A program made the translations under genes and the position numbers. A DNA stretch of 64,000 bases from Anaeromyxobacteraceae bacterium (GTDB lineage Bacteria; Myxococcota; Myxococcia; Myxococcales; Anaeromyxobacteraceae), in contig JASGHJ010000002.1 in the NCBI GenBank assembly GCA_047602405.1, positions 1,664,001-1,728,000 on the forward strand. The letters run 5' to 3'. Shown in pieces: positions 54,980 through 64,000 of the stretch. Position 1 is the stretch's first letter; every line of letters begins with the position of its first letter. The notes beneath the pieces are model-generated. The model searched no databases, was not told the origin of the DNA, and was given only the letters and a program-made list of their open reading frames with translations.

Positions 54980-56059
54980 TCAGCCCCGCGGCGCGACCCG
55001 GACCTCGCCCTCCTCGCCGTCCCCGCCGGTCACCTGCACCTCGACGTCGAGGAACCGGCGCACCACGTCCGCGTTCGTGAGGAGGTGCCCCGTCACGCGG
55101 GAGACGGTGTAGCGCGTCGCGCGGTCCACGCCCGCCGGCCGCGGCGCCCTGCCCGCCGCGACGAGCGCGGCCGGGACGAGCAGCTGGTCGGCGAGCCACG
55201 GGTCCACCGCCCCGCGCGCGGCGAGGTGCGCCGCGAGCTCGTCGACGGCGAGGTCGGCGGTCTCCTCCGGGGTGCGCTCGAACGCCGAGACCGCGCCGGC
55301 GCCCGCCCGGAGCCGCTCGAAGGTCGCCACGAGGAGCACGTGCCCGCCGCGGGAGCCGTTCGCGGGCATGGGCACCCGCTCGGCCTCCGCGGCCACGCCG
55401 AGCTCCCGCAGCCGGTGCAGCGCGCGCTCGGCCTGCCGCCGCGCGATGTCGTAGCCGAGGCCGCACACGAACGAGACCGCCTCGACCTCGAGGAGCGTCC
55501 CGCGGTGGCGGAGGTCGAGCGTGGGCATCGCCTGGGCCGGCTCGACCCGCGCCGAGAACTCGCCGCCGCCCTCGGGGTAGAAGCCGGCCGCGCCGAGCTC
55601 GAGCGAGAAGCGGAACCCGAGGCGCGCCATGGCGGGCGCCCAGACGAGCGCCAGGTGGTGGAAGCTCGGGGCGTGGTCCTGGTGCGTGCCGCCCCGCAGC
55701 CGGAGCGTGCTCGGGCCGCCGGCGAGGGCGAGCGGGAAGGCCACCGCGTGGAACAGGAGCGGCGTCGACCCCGCGGTCCCGACGTCGAGGTCGAGGTCGG
55801 CGGGAGTCGGCGCCCGGGTCGGCCGGAACGCGAGCCGCGGGGAGCCCACCTCCGCGCCCTCGAGGGAGGCGCCGCAGAGGCCGGCGACGGCGCGTGCGGC
55901 GGCCACGTGCTGGGGGCGCAGGCCGGGCTTCGGCCGCCGGACGCGCAGGCGCTCGACCTCGAAGGCCTGCCCGGTGATGGCCGACAGGGAGAGGGCCGTG
56001 CGGAGGATCTGCCCCCCGCCCTCGCCCGCGGCCCCGTCGAGGATGATCGGTTCGGACAC
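54980..56059 (-). CDS. rtcA: RNA 3'-terminal phosphate cyclase
   Basis: DGAAGEGGGQILRT, PGLRPQH, GFYPEGGG, LADQL, TGHLLTN (catalytic His). Confidence 0.94.
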   Translation of the reverse strand: MSEPIILDGAAGEGGGQILRTALSLSAITGQAFEVERLRVRRPKPGLRPQHVAAARAVAGLCGASLEGAEVGSPRLAFRPTRAPTPADLDLDVGTAGSTPLLFHAVAFPLALAGGPSTLRLRGGTHQDHAPSFHHLALVWAPAMARLGFRFSLELGAAGFYPEGGGEFSARVEPAQAMPTLDLRHRGTLLEVEAVSFVCGLGYDIARRQAERALHRLRELGVAAEAERVPMPANGSRGGHVLLVATFERLRAGAGAVSAFERTPEETADLAVDELAAHLAARGAVDPWLADQLLVPAALVAAGRAPRPAGVDRATRYTVSRVTGHLLTNADVVRRFLDVEVQVTGGDGEEGEVRVAPRG

Positions 56060-56192
56060 GCCCGAAATCTAACATGGCGATTTGATTGGAGGTCTCTCGA
56101 AGGCCTGCCCTGCCCCCACCCGGGACGTCACCGGGGGTCCTGAACCGCCTCGCCCGCCGAAATACCCGGAACGACGGGACGTATGTCGGGTC

Positions 56193-56855
56193 ATGGTTGT
56201 CGCCGCCACGATCGACGGGCTAGGGTTCGCGCTCTCCTGGCAGACGGAGGAGCGAGCCACGGCCCCCCAAGAGACCGTCGGTGAAGCTGGGCTCGCCCGC
56301 GCGGCCGCGCGTGGCGACCGGCGCGCCTTCGGCCAGCTCGTCGACCTCCACAAGCGCACCGTGTACGGGCTCTGCTTCCGCCTGCTGCGGGACGCCGAGG
56401 AGTCGCGGGACGCCGCGCAGGAGTCGTTCGTGCGCGCCTTCGCCGCGGTGGGCACCTACGATCCCACCCAGCCCTTCGCGCCGTGGGTCCTGCGCATCGC
56501 GCGGAACCACTGCCTCGACCTGCTCCGCCGCCGGACCCCCGCCGCGCAGAAGCTCGAGCTCGACGCCGAGGTCGAGGAGGGCGGCGCGGCCCGCGAGCTC
56601 CCGGATCCCGACGCGGTGCGCGGCGACGACGCCATGGAGCGCCGCCAGCTCGCCGGCGTGCTCGAGAAGGCCGTGGCGGAGCTGCCCGCGAACTACCGCG
56701 AGGTGGTCCACCTCTTCCACGTCGAGCACCTGTCGTACAAGGAGATCGCGGCCACCCTGGACGTGCCGATCGGCACGGTCATGACCTGGCTGCACCGCGC
56801 CCGCGGCAAGCTGCGGGTGGCGCTCGAGGAAGCCGGAATGGAGGCGACGCCGTGA
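56193..56855 (+). CDS. ECF-family RNA polymerase sigma factor
   Basis: GDRRAFGQLV, DAAQESF, WVLRIARNHCLD, SYKEIAATLDVPIGTV; start uncertain. Confidence 0.92.
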   Translation: MVVAATIDGLGFALSWQTEERATAPQETVGEAGLARAAARGDRRAFGQLVDLHKRTVYGLCFRLLRDAEESRDAAQESFVRAFAAVGTYDPTQPFAPWVLRIARNHCLDLLRRRTPAAQKLELDAEVEEGGAARELPDPDAVRGDDAMERRQLAGVLEKAVAELPANYREVVHLFHVEHLSYKEIAATLDVPIGTVMTWLHRARGKLRVALEEAGMEATP

Positions 56856-57370
56856 CCACGTTCACCGGACACCTCACCGACTCGCAGGCCCAGCGGATCG
56901 TCGACGGCGCGCTGCTCGACGCCGAGCGCGACATGGTCCACGCGCACGAGGCCGGCTGCGTCGAGTGCCAGGCCCTCGTCGCGTCGTACCGCGCCCTCTC
57001 CGGCGCCCTCGACGACCTCGAGGTCCCCGAGCTCGACCTCGACTTCACCGGCGACGTGCTCGCCGAGATCGACGTCCGCGCGAAGGCCGCCGCGCGCGAG
57101 CGCCGCGCGGCCGCCCTCATCTCCGCGGCGAGCGTGGTGGCCTTCCTCCTGGCCGCCGGCCTGACCGTGCCGCAGTGGGGCGACGCCGTCGTCCGCTCCC
57201 TCGACGTGCTCGGGAGCGTCGGCGCCGGCCTCCGCTTCGCCCTCGAGGTGGCGACCCCCGTCGTCTCCGCCCTCCGCCTCCCCATCGCCGCGGTGTGCGC
57301 GCTCGTCGCCGCCCCGGCCCTCCTCGCCCTCTCCCGGCTGATGCCCGCACCCGCGACCGAGACCGCCTGA
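56852..57370 (+). CDS. Zinc-binding (ZAS) membrane anti-sigma factor
   Basis: HEAGCVEC (HxxxCxxC) followed by hydrophobic segments; coupled to the sigma gene. Confidence 0.8.
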   Translation: MTTFTGHLTDSQAQRIVDGALLDAERDMVHAHEAGCVECQALVASYRALSGALDDLEVPELDLDFTGDVLAEIDVRAKAAARERRAAALISAASVVAFLLAAGLTVPQWGDAVVRSLDVLGSVGAGLRFALEVATPVVSALRLPIAAVCALVAAPALLALSRLMPAPATETA

Positions 57371-57381
57371 CCGGAGAACCG

Positions 57382-59232
57382 ATGCTCTCCATCGTCCTCA
57401 CCAGCCTGCTCCTGCAGGTCCCCCCCGCCCCCCCGGCGCCGGCGGCCCCCGCCGCGCCGCAGGCCACCCCGGCCCCCAAGGCTGCGCCCGCGCCCCGCGC
57501 GGTCCCCGCCCCGCCGACGCCCCCGCCCGGCTTCGACGTCGAGGCCGGCCGCCCCGCCGCGCGTCCGCCCGCCGGCGACGTGCTCCGCGGCGACTGGGGC
57601 AAGCCCTCCGGGAAGCGCGTCACCCTCGAGGACACGAACTCGATCGACGACACGCTCCAGGAGATCGCCGACGCCGCGGGCTGGAACGTCTCGATCAACA
57701 CCGGCCGGACCGGCCACAAGCTGCTCGTCCTGAAGCTCAAGAACGTCCCGGTCGAGGACGCGCTCCGTGCCACGCTGCACGGCACCGGGCTCATCGCGAC
57801 GAAGACCGGCGAGATCGTGGTGGTCTCGCCCCCGGACGCGGAGCTGCCCGACCTGGCCGGCCCGAAGCCCACGCTCTCGGGGTTCGAGAAGTCGGCCGGG
57901 AAGTTCACGGGCGAGTTCAAGGCGACCGACGTCTCCGACGCGCTCCGCCAGATTGCGAAGTCCGCCGGGTTCTCGATCCTCGTGCCCCCCGGGACGCACG
58001 GGAAGGTGAACGGCATCTTCAGCGGCGTCCCCGTCGAGGACGTGCTCCGCGCCGTGCTGCAGCAGGCCGACCTGCGCGCCGAGAAGCAGGGCCAGCTCAT
58101 CACCGTGCTGCCCGCCGACGGCCAGTTCGACTTCCCCATCCCCCCGAACTTCCCTCCGGAGGCCCGCGAGGCCCTGCGCGAGGCCCGCCAGGCCGCCCGG
58201 GAGGCCGCCCGCGAGGCCAGCCGCAGCGCCCGCGAGGCCGCGCGCGACGCCGCCCGGGAGGCCCGCGAGGCGCTCCGCAACGCGGAGATCGATCCGGACG
58301 ACGGCCGTGACCGTCAGGTCACCGGCTCCGACCTCACCATCGCCCCCGGCGACCGCGTGCGCGACGTCAACGTGGTGCGCGGCAACCTCGAGATCCAGCG
58401 CGGCGCCGTCGCCCGCGACGTCTCGGTGGTCCAGGGCAACGCGGACGTCCGCTCGGGCTCCGTCACCCGCGACGTCGTCACGGTGCTCGGCAACGTCCGG
58501 CTCGAGGGCGGCGCGGTCGCCCGCCAGGTCGTCGCCGTCGGCGGCAACGTGGAGGTCGCGGCGGGCGCCTCGATCGAGAACGACGTCATCGCCATCGGCG
58601 GCCGCGTCCAGGTCGACCCCGAGGCGCAGGTCGGCGGCTCGAGGAAGTCCTTCTCGGTGCCCGGCATCGGCGGCGTGCTCAACCTCGTGGGGCCGGGCCT
58701 CATCAACCACGGCAGCCCCTCCCCGCTCTGGGCCATCCTCCAGATCATCGTGAAGTTCGTGGTGCTCTTCCTGCTCGGGCTCGTCGTGCTCTCGCTCTTC
58801 CCGCGCCGGATCGAGGCCGTCACGGGCTCGATGCTCCAGAACCCGTTCAAGTCGGTGCTGGCGGGCCTGCTCGGCTGGCTCGTGATGCCGGTCCTCACGC
58901 TGCTGCTCGTGGTGACGATCGTCGGCATCCCGCTCGTGGCGGTGCAGGTGCTCGCCATCGTCGCGGCGACGGTGCTCGGCCTCACCGCCCTCGTCTACTA
59001 CGTCGGCCGCACGCTCCCGCTGCCGACCCAGGGTGGCCCGGCCGTGGCCCAGCTCGCGATCGGCGTGGGGATCTTCGCGGTCGTCACCGAGATCCCGTTC
59101 CTCGGCGCGATCGTCTGGATCTCGGTGCTGCTGTTCACCTTCGGCGCCGTGCTCCGCACGCGCTTCGGCCAGCCCCGCGAGCCGCTGCCCACCTCGCCCG
59201 TGCCGCCGGCCGAGGGGTTCGGCTCGCCGTAG
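57382..59232 (+). CDS. Exported/membrane protein: Pro-rich linker, two STN-like domains, coiled coil, beta-helix (bactofilin-like) repeats, multi-TM C-terminus
   Basis: IDDTLQEIADAAGWNV and VSDALRQIAKSAGFSI repeats; V(V)xGNVx repeats; 4-5 TM segments (LLVVTIVGIPL, IPFLG). Confidence 0.75.
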   Translation: MLSIVLTSLLLQVPPAPPAPAAPAAPQATPAPKAAPAPRAVPAPPTPPPGFDVEAGRPAARPPAGDVLRGDWGKPSGKRVTLEDTNSIDDTLQEIADAAGWNVSINTGRTGHKLLVLKLKNVPVEDALRATLHGTGLIATKTGEIVVVSPPDAELPDLAGPKPTLSGFEKSAGKFTGEFKATDVSDALRQIAKSAGFSILVPPGTHGKVNGIFSGVPVEDVLRAVLQQADLRAEKQGQLITVLPADGQFDFPIPPNFPPEAREALREARQAAREAAREASRSAREAARDAAREAREALRNAEIDPDDGRDRQVTGSDLTIAPGDRVRDVNVVRGNLEIQRGAVARDVSVVQGNADVRSGSVTRDVVTVLGNVRLEGGAVARQVVAVGGNVEVAAGASIENDVIAIGGRVQVDPEAQVGGSRKSFSVPGIGGVLNLVGPGLINHGSPSPLWAILQIIVKFVVLFLLGLVVLSLFPRRIEAVTGSMLQNPFKSVLAGLLGWLVMPVLTLLLVVTIVGIPLVAVQVLAIVAATVLGLTALVYYVGRTLPLPTQGGPAVAQLAIGVGIFAVVTEIPFLGAIVWISVLLFTFGAVLRTRFGQPREPLPTSPVPPAEGFGSP

Positions 59233-59235
59233 CGG

Positions 59236-60915
59236 CTACACGAGCACCAGCCCCTCGTCGGTCCACTCGGCGTGGCCGGAGAGGATGGCGTCGAGGTTCT
59301 CGAGGCGCTCGTCGGACAGCTCGGAGACGAGCTCGAGGATTTGCGGGTAGGTCAGCACCAGCATGTCGAAGTCGCGGCGCGGCAGCCTGAGGAGGGTGCC
59401 GCGCCGCTTCACGACGCAGGTCGCGGTGGCGGGCGTCTTCCTGAGGCAGCTCATCTCGCCGAAGAGGTCGCCCTCGCGGAGCTCGCCGACGACCACCTCG
59501 GCGCCCTCGTTGAGCTTCTTCACCTCGACGGAGCCCTCGAGGATCACGTACAGGCCGTCGGAGGGCACGCCCTCGCGGATCACCACGTCGCCCGGCTTCG
59601 CCTCGCGGGCGAGGAACCGCTCCATGATGATCTTCCGGTCCCCCTTCCCGAACGGCCGGAAGATCGGCGAGACCGCCATGGCGTTCGCGAGCAGGCGCTG
59701 CCGGTAGAACTTCCTGAGCGACGTCGCCATGTGCGGGTGATGCTTCGCGATGGCGAGCAGCACGTCGGCCGGGAACTCGAGCACCTCGCTCGGCACCTCC
59801 GCGGTGACGGTCGCGGCCCGCGCGGCGCCGGAGAGGATCGCCATCTCGCCGAAGAAGTCGCCCTCGGCGAGCTTCGCGAGCGGGATGACGTGCCCCTTGT
59901 CGTCGCGCTTCGTGACCGCGAGCGCACCCGAGGCGAGCACGTAGAAGCTCGTGCCCTCCTCGCCCTCGCGGAGGATGACGTCGCCCTCACCGAACCGGTG
60001 CAGCACCATGCCGGCGGTGAGCGCGACGAAGGCGTCCCTCGAGAGGTCGGAGAAGATCGGGATGTGCGGCAGCGGCGCGGGCTCGTCGGCGGAGGCGGGG
60101 AGCTCGGGCTCCAGCACCGGCTCCTCCGGCACGACCGGCGGGGGCTCGTCGCCCTCGGGGACGAGCTCGAGCTCGACCTCGGGCGGCGGGGCCGCCCCCG
60201 CGAGGGGCAGCACCGCGGTCGGCACCGGCGCCGCGACCGCCTCGACCTCGTCGGCGGGCAGGAGCTCGACGTCCTCGATCACGTCCGCCTCGAGGTCGTC
60301 GATCTCGATGTCCTCGACGACGCCGTCATCGACGGCCTTCTGGGCGACGAGCGAGATGCGCGCGAGCGGGGTGGGGATCGGCGGTGGCGCGACCGGCCCG
60401 GGCGGCGGGATGAACTTCACCACCGGTGGCGGGAATCCCCGCTCGGGCGGCGGCGGCGTGCCCTGGAGCTTGAAGGAGACGAGCTCCTCGGGCGCCTCCG
60501 CCTCGGGCGCCGGGGCCGGGGCCGGCGGCGGAGGCTCCGGGCGGACCGCGGCCATGAAGAGCGTGGCGCGCTTCTGGGGGCGCTTCGCCTCCGAGGCGGA
60601 GCGGGCGGCGTAGAGGCCGGCGAGGGCCGACTGCGTCTCGACGTGCGCGGCGTCGAGCTCGAGGATGGTCTTGCAGATCGCGATGGCCTTGATGAGGAGG
60701 CCGTCCTTGCCGAAGCGCTCCGCGACGACCGCGTACTCCGCGATCGCCTCCTTCAGGCGCTCCGCGCGCCGGAGGACGTCCGCCCGCTTCTGGCGGGTGT
60801 TGACGTCGTCCGGGTCCGCCTCGAGGACCTCGGCATAGACCTTGGCGGCCTTGTCGAGCTTGCCCTTCTCGGCGTACTCGGCGGCCTTGTCCTTGAGCTT
60901 CCGGAGATCGGCCAT
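59236..60915 (-). CDS. TPR + tandem cyclic-nucleotide-binding domain protein
   Basis: N-terminal TPR helices; GDFFGEMAIL..RAATV and GDLFGEMSCL..ATATC. Confidence 0.87.
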   Translation of the reverse strand: MADLRKLKDKAAEYAEKGKLDKAAKVYAEVLEADPDDVNTRQKRADVLRRAERLKEAIAEYAVVAERFGKDGLLIKAIAICKTILELDAAHVETQSALAGLYAARSASEAKRPQKRATLFMAAVRPEPPPPAPAPAPEAEAPEELVSFKLQGTPPPPERGFPPPVVKFIPPPGPVAPPPIPTPLARISLVAQKAVDDGVVEDIEIDDLEADVIEDVELLPADEVEAVAAPVPTAVLPLAGAAPPPEVELELVPEGDEPPPVVPEEPVLEPELPASADEPAPLPHIPIFSDLSRDAFVALTAGMVLHRFGEGDVILREGEEGTSFYVLASGALAVTKRDDKGHVIPLAKLAEGDFFGEMAILSGAARAATVTAEVPSEVLEFPADVLLAIAKHHPHMATSLRKFYRQRLLANAMAVSPIFRPFGKGDRKIIMERFLAREAKPGDVVIREGVPSDGLYVILEGSVEVKKLNEGAEVVVGELREGDLFGEMSCLRKTPATATCVVKRRGTLLRLPRRDFDMLVLTYPQILELVSELSDERLENLDAILSGHAEWTDEGLVLV

Positions 60916-60957
60916 TCCCCGGAAACGTACCACAGGGCCGAGAGCGGCCCGAATTTC

Positions 60958-63033
60958 TCAGGGTCGGACGCGGGGTGCACCCGCCGGGAGCTTCGCGAGC
61001 GCCTCGACCGCGGCCTTCCGCACGCGCCCGTAGTAGTCCGCGCGCAGCGCCTCGAGCGCCGGCGAGGCGCCCTCGAGCCGGAGCCGCCCCACCGCCCGGG
61101 CCGCCGCGGCGCGCACGTCCGGCCGGTCCCCGGTGAGCTCCGCGGCGAGGAGCGGGCCCGCCTCGCTCGGGGCGAGCTGGGCGAGCGCCTCCACGACCTT
61201 CGCGCGGCTGCCGGCCGCCGTCCTCGGCAGCGCGAGGAGCAGCGCCGCCCCCGCCTCCGGCGAGCCGATGCGGGCGAGCGCGGAGGCCGCGGGCCCCGCC
61301 CCCGGCCCCTCGAGCAGCGCCGCGAGCCCCTTCACCGCCTCGGGGCCTCCGGCCCCGGCGAGCGCGTCGCTCAGCACCTGGAGCCACTGGGGATCGTCCG
61401 CCGTGTAGGCCGCCGCGGCCGCCGAGCGGCTCGCGATGGCCTGGGCCGCCGCGGCGAGGGCGGCGGCCCCGCTCGGGCGGGCCCCGAGGCCCTTCGCCGC
61501 CGCCATGCGCACGGCGGCGTCGGGGTCCCCGAGCGCCGCGGCCACCTCGGCCTCCGCCGTCCCGAGGGCCGCGAGGCCGGCGATGGCGCCCGCGCGGAGC
61601 GGCGGCAGCGGATCGCGCGGGAAGCGCTTCAGGAGCTCCTCGGCGCCGGGCGTGCGCAGGGCGCCCGCGGCCGCGAGGAGCGCGGAGAGCTCGGCCACCT
61701 CGCCCGCCGAGATGGACTCGAGCCACTCCGGGGCCGCCTGGGCCTTGCCCGGCGGGGGCCCGCCCGGCGGACGCGCGAGCACCGCCTGCACGCGCTCCGG
61801 CCCCGCGGGGAGCCGGGGCGCGTCCTCGTACGATCCCCGCACCCAGCGGCTCCGGGCGTCGGTGAGGCGCGCCAGGGCCGAGGCGAGCCGCTTCGCCACG
61901 GCGGGGCCCGCCGCCGGGCCGCCGAGCCGCGCGAGCGCGGCCGCCGCCGCGGCCCGGAGCGCGGGTTCGCCCGGCGCCTCGAGGAGGCGGACGGCGCGCT
62001 CGATCGCCGGCGCGGCGGCGTCGCCCTTCGGCCCGAGCTCGGCCAGCGCCGCGAGCGACGCCTCCGCGCCCACGCCGCCCGGTCCGAGGCGGTTCACGAG
62101 CGGGCGCAGCGGGCAGTCCACCTCGCGGTCCGCCGCCGCGCGCGCGGCCCGCGCCGACACCGCGGGGTCCAGGGTCTTCGCGGCGACCTCGCAGAGGCCG
62201 AACCCGACCTCGCTGCCGTTCGGCAGGGCCGCGAGCGCCTCCACCGCCGCCGCCGCGAGCCGGCCGCTGCCCGCGCTCGCCGCCGCCGCGAGCGCGTCCG
62301 CCGCGCGCGCGTCCCCGAGCCTTCCGAGCGCGAACGCCGCCGCCTCGGCCACCGGCCCGGCCGGCGCGTCGAGGAGGTCCTCGAGCGCGGGCCGCACCGC
62401 CGGGTCGCCGGTCTCGCCCAGGCCGCGCGCGGCGGCGACGAGCACGGCGGGATCCGGGGTGCGCTTCGGATCGGCGAGCGCGAGGAGCTTCTGGACCGCC
62501 TCCTGGCGCTGGCTCGCGCCGACCTCCTCCGCCGCGCCGTGCCCGGACCCACCCCCGCGCCCGAGCGCGGCGAGGTTCCGCTCCCAGAGCGTGCGCGACT
62601 CGAGCTCCACCGCGGCGCGGAGGGAGACCCCGAGCCGTTCGAGGGCCCGGGCCATCGCCGAGCGGGCCGCGGGCGACGCCGCGCCGTAGGACGCGACGAG
62701 CGCGTCGCGCGCGGTGGCGACGCCCGGCATGCCGCCCAGGCCGTCCGCCGCCGCCACGGCGACCGCGGGGTCGGGGTCCAGCAGGAGCCGCCCGAGGGCC
62801 TCCGCGGAGGCCTCGCCCGGCGCCCGGGAGAGCGTCCGCGCCGCCGCGAGCCGCACCTCGGCCGAGACGTCGCGCTGGGCCACGAGGAGCGCCCCCGCGT
62901 CGCGATCGGGGCGGAGGCCCTCCACCGCGGCGGCCCGGCGGGCCGGGTCGGCGGAGTCGAGGTCGCCACGCCCGCACGCGGCGAGGAGCGCGGCCAGCGC
63001 GAGCGAGGCGAGGGTGAGGCGGCGGGTCGGCAC
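60958..63033 (-). CDS. HEAT-repeat lipoprotein
   Basis: LAAC lipobox; many VRxAAAxAL repeats. Confidence 0.75.
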   Translation of the reverse strand: MPTRRLTLASLALAALLAACGRGDLDSADPARRAAAVEGLRPDRDAGALLVAQRDVSAEVRLAAARTLSRAPGEASAEALGRLLLDPDPAVAVAAADGLGGMPGVATARDALVASYGAASPAARSAMARALERLGVSLRAAVELESRTLWERNLAALGRGGGSGHGAAEEVGASQRQEAVQKLLALADPKRTPDPAVLVAAARGLGETGDPAVRPALEDLLDAPAGPVAEAAAFALGRLGDARAADALAAAASAGSGRLAAAAVEALAALPNGSEVGFGLCEVAAKTLDPAVSARAARAAADREVDCPLRPLVNRLGPGGVGAEASLAALAELGPKGDAAAPAIERAVRLLEAPGEPALRAAAAAALARLGGPAAGPAVAKRLASALARLTDARSRWVRGSYEDAPRLPAGPERVQAVLARPPGGPPPGKAQAAPEWLESISAGEVAELSALLAAAGALRTPGAEELLKRFPRDPLPPLRAGAIAGLAALGTAEAEVAAALGDPDAAVRMAAAKGLGARPSGAAALAAAAQAIASRSAAAAAYTADDPQWLQVLSDALAGAGGPEAVKGLAALLEGPGAGPAASALARIGSPEAGAALLLALPRTAAGSRAKVVEALAQLAPSEAGPLLAAELTGDRPDVRAAAARAVGRLRLEGASPALEALRADYYGRVRKAAVEALAKLPAGAPRVRP

Positions 63034-63190
63034 GGTGCGGCATCGTCCCTTGCGAGGGACCGCGAGGCAAGCGGGTGGGCCCCCGGAGGGAAAGCGTACG
63101 GCCCGGCGAATCCTCGCGCGGGCGCCGTGTCTCTCCCCGGACGAGAGCGACTCACCGCACCCCACCACCCCGAACCACCCGGAGCACACC

Positions 63191-63376
63191 ATGACCAACG
63201 AAGGCACCCTCGACCGCGCGGCTCGCATCGTCCTCGGCCTCGGCCTCATCTCGCTGGTGTTCGTGGGCCCCCAGACGATGTGGGGCCTCGTCGGCCTCGT
63301 CCCGCTCGCGACCGGCGCGCTGGGCTTCTGCCCGCTCTACAGGGTCCTCGGCATCTCGACCAAGCCGGCCGCCTAG
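63191..63376 (+). CDS. DUF2892 (YgaP-like) small membrane protein
   Basis: NEGTLDRAARIVLG..GFCPLYRVLGIST; GGAG RBS. Confidence 0.88.
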   Translation: MTNEGTLDRAARIVLGLGLISLVFVGPQTMWGLVGLVPLATGALGFCPLYRVLGISTKPAA

Positions 63377-64000
63377 CGCGAGCGCGGGCCGCCGCGGGGC
63401 TTGCGCCCGCCCTGGGCGTGGGCTCCGCGGCCCGGTCGGTCGCGCCGCTCGACGCCCGGGCCGCCGCGGACCGGGCGCTCGCGCCTCGGATCGCCGGAGG
63501 CCGGGCGCTCCCGCTTCGGATCCCCGGAGGTCGGGCGTTCGCGCCTCGGGTCGCCGGGAGCCTTCCGCGGCCGGTCGGGCGTCGTCGGGATGGCCGACGG
63601 CGGCGCCGGCGGCCCGTGGCCGTGGCGGCGCGCCGCCTTCGGCAGCTCGGCCGCGCGGGGCACGCGGGCCTTGCCGTCCCCGAGCCCGACCGCCCCACGC
63701 ATCGCGGCGAGCTCGTCCGGCGCGAGCGCGCGGAACGTGCCGGGGCGGAGCCCCTGCACGGTGACGCCCCCGAACTCCGGCCGGAAGAGCCGCAGCACCT
63801 GCATACCGACCCCCTCGCAGAGCCGCTTCACGAGGTGGTAGCGCCCCTCCCCCACCACCACGCGGATCCAGGTGTTCTTCTCGGCCTGCTCGTGCACCGC
63901 GATCTCGAGCGCCTTTGCCGGTCCGTCCTCGAGGCGCAGCCCGTCGCGGATCCGCTGCAGCTGCTCGGGCTCCGGCTCGCCCTTCACCTTCACGAGGTAG
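63373..64000 (-). CDS. rRNA pseudouridine synthase (RluB/RsuA family), 5'-truncated by the window edge
   Basis: YLVKVKG..LEDGPA..EGRYHLVKR..LFRPEFG; basic repetitive tail. Confidence 0.85.
   Translation of the reverse strand, partial: YLVKVKGEPEPEQLQRIRDGLRLEDGPAKALEIAVHEQAEKNTWIRVVVGEGRYHLVKRLCEGVGMQVLRLFRPEFGGVTVQGLRPGTFRALAPDELAAMRGAVGLGDGKARVPRAAELPKAARRHGHGPPAPPSAIPTTPDRPRKAPGDPRRERPTSGDPKRERPASGDPRRERPVRGGPGVERRDRPGRGAHAQGGRKPRGGPRSR
63471..63560 (-). repeat. Three 30-bp tandem repeats encoding GDP(R/K)RERP
   Basis: Read directly in the pseudouridine synthase tail. Confidence 0.85.

Noticed and set aside
54980..56059. rtcA as part of an rtcBA/rtcR RNA repair operon, or as an inactive copy
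   Set aside because: No rtcB or rtcR is in the window and the catalytic His (GHLLTN) is present; an ordinary stand-alone copy.
56168..56193. GGAAC-N17-GTCA as the autoregulatory ECF promoter
   Set aside because: The -10 would overlap the proposed start codon and the sigma start is uncertain, so support is too weak to list as a feature.
58163..58278. Repeated GCCCGCGAGGCC units as a CRISPR or DNA-level repeat
   Set aside because: They encode an (AREA)n coiled coil and have no unique spacers; no CRISPR array was seen in the window.

Overview
Very GC-rich chromosomal window from an Anaeromyxobacter-like member of the Myxococcota (inferred from gene content, gene order and codon style). It is mostly housekeeping: mdh-sucC-sucD-ndk, rlmN, hom, glpX, eno, thiC, a leucine/isovalerate (liu-type) cluster, meaB, rnc, two cyclophilins, era-der-yfgM-bamB-like, ribA, hbd-crt-acyl-CoA dehydrogenase, mrp, corA, rtcA and a partial rluB-like gene. 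A 28-bp dif site at 38033-38060, with KOPS octamers converging on it and a switch in gene orientation, places the replication terminus here, next to a vapBC-type toxin-antitoxin pair. There are two mobile elements: a group II intron (about 49008-50937, minus strand) inserted exactly at a start codon, and a complete IS4-family element (52536-53979) whose 10-bp target duplication copies a putative -10 box. The most striking pattern is that eight of the nine frameshifts I found are the same event, GATC read as GAATC on the + strand. This points to a motif-specific sequencing artefact, possibly caused by DNA modification at GATC, rather than to true pseudogenes. Other candidates are an ECF sigma/ZAS anti-sigma/STN-beta-helix membrane protein module, a double HARE-HTH/degenerate Mrr protein with an RNase E-like tail, a three-copy structured intergenic element and several structured leaders. 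All calls come from reading the sequence; no searches were run.
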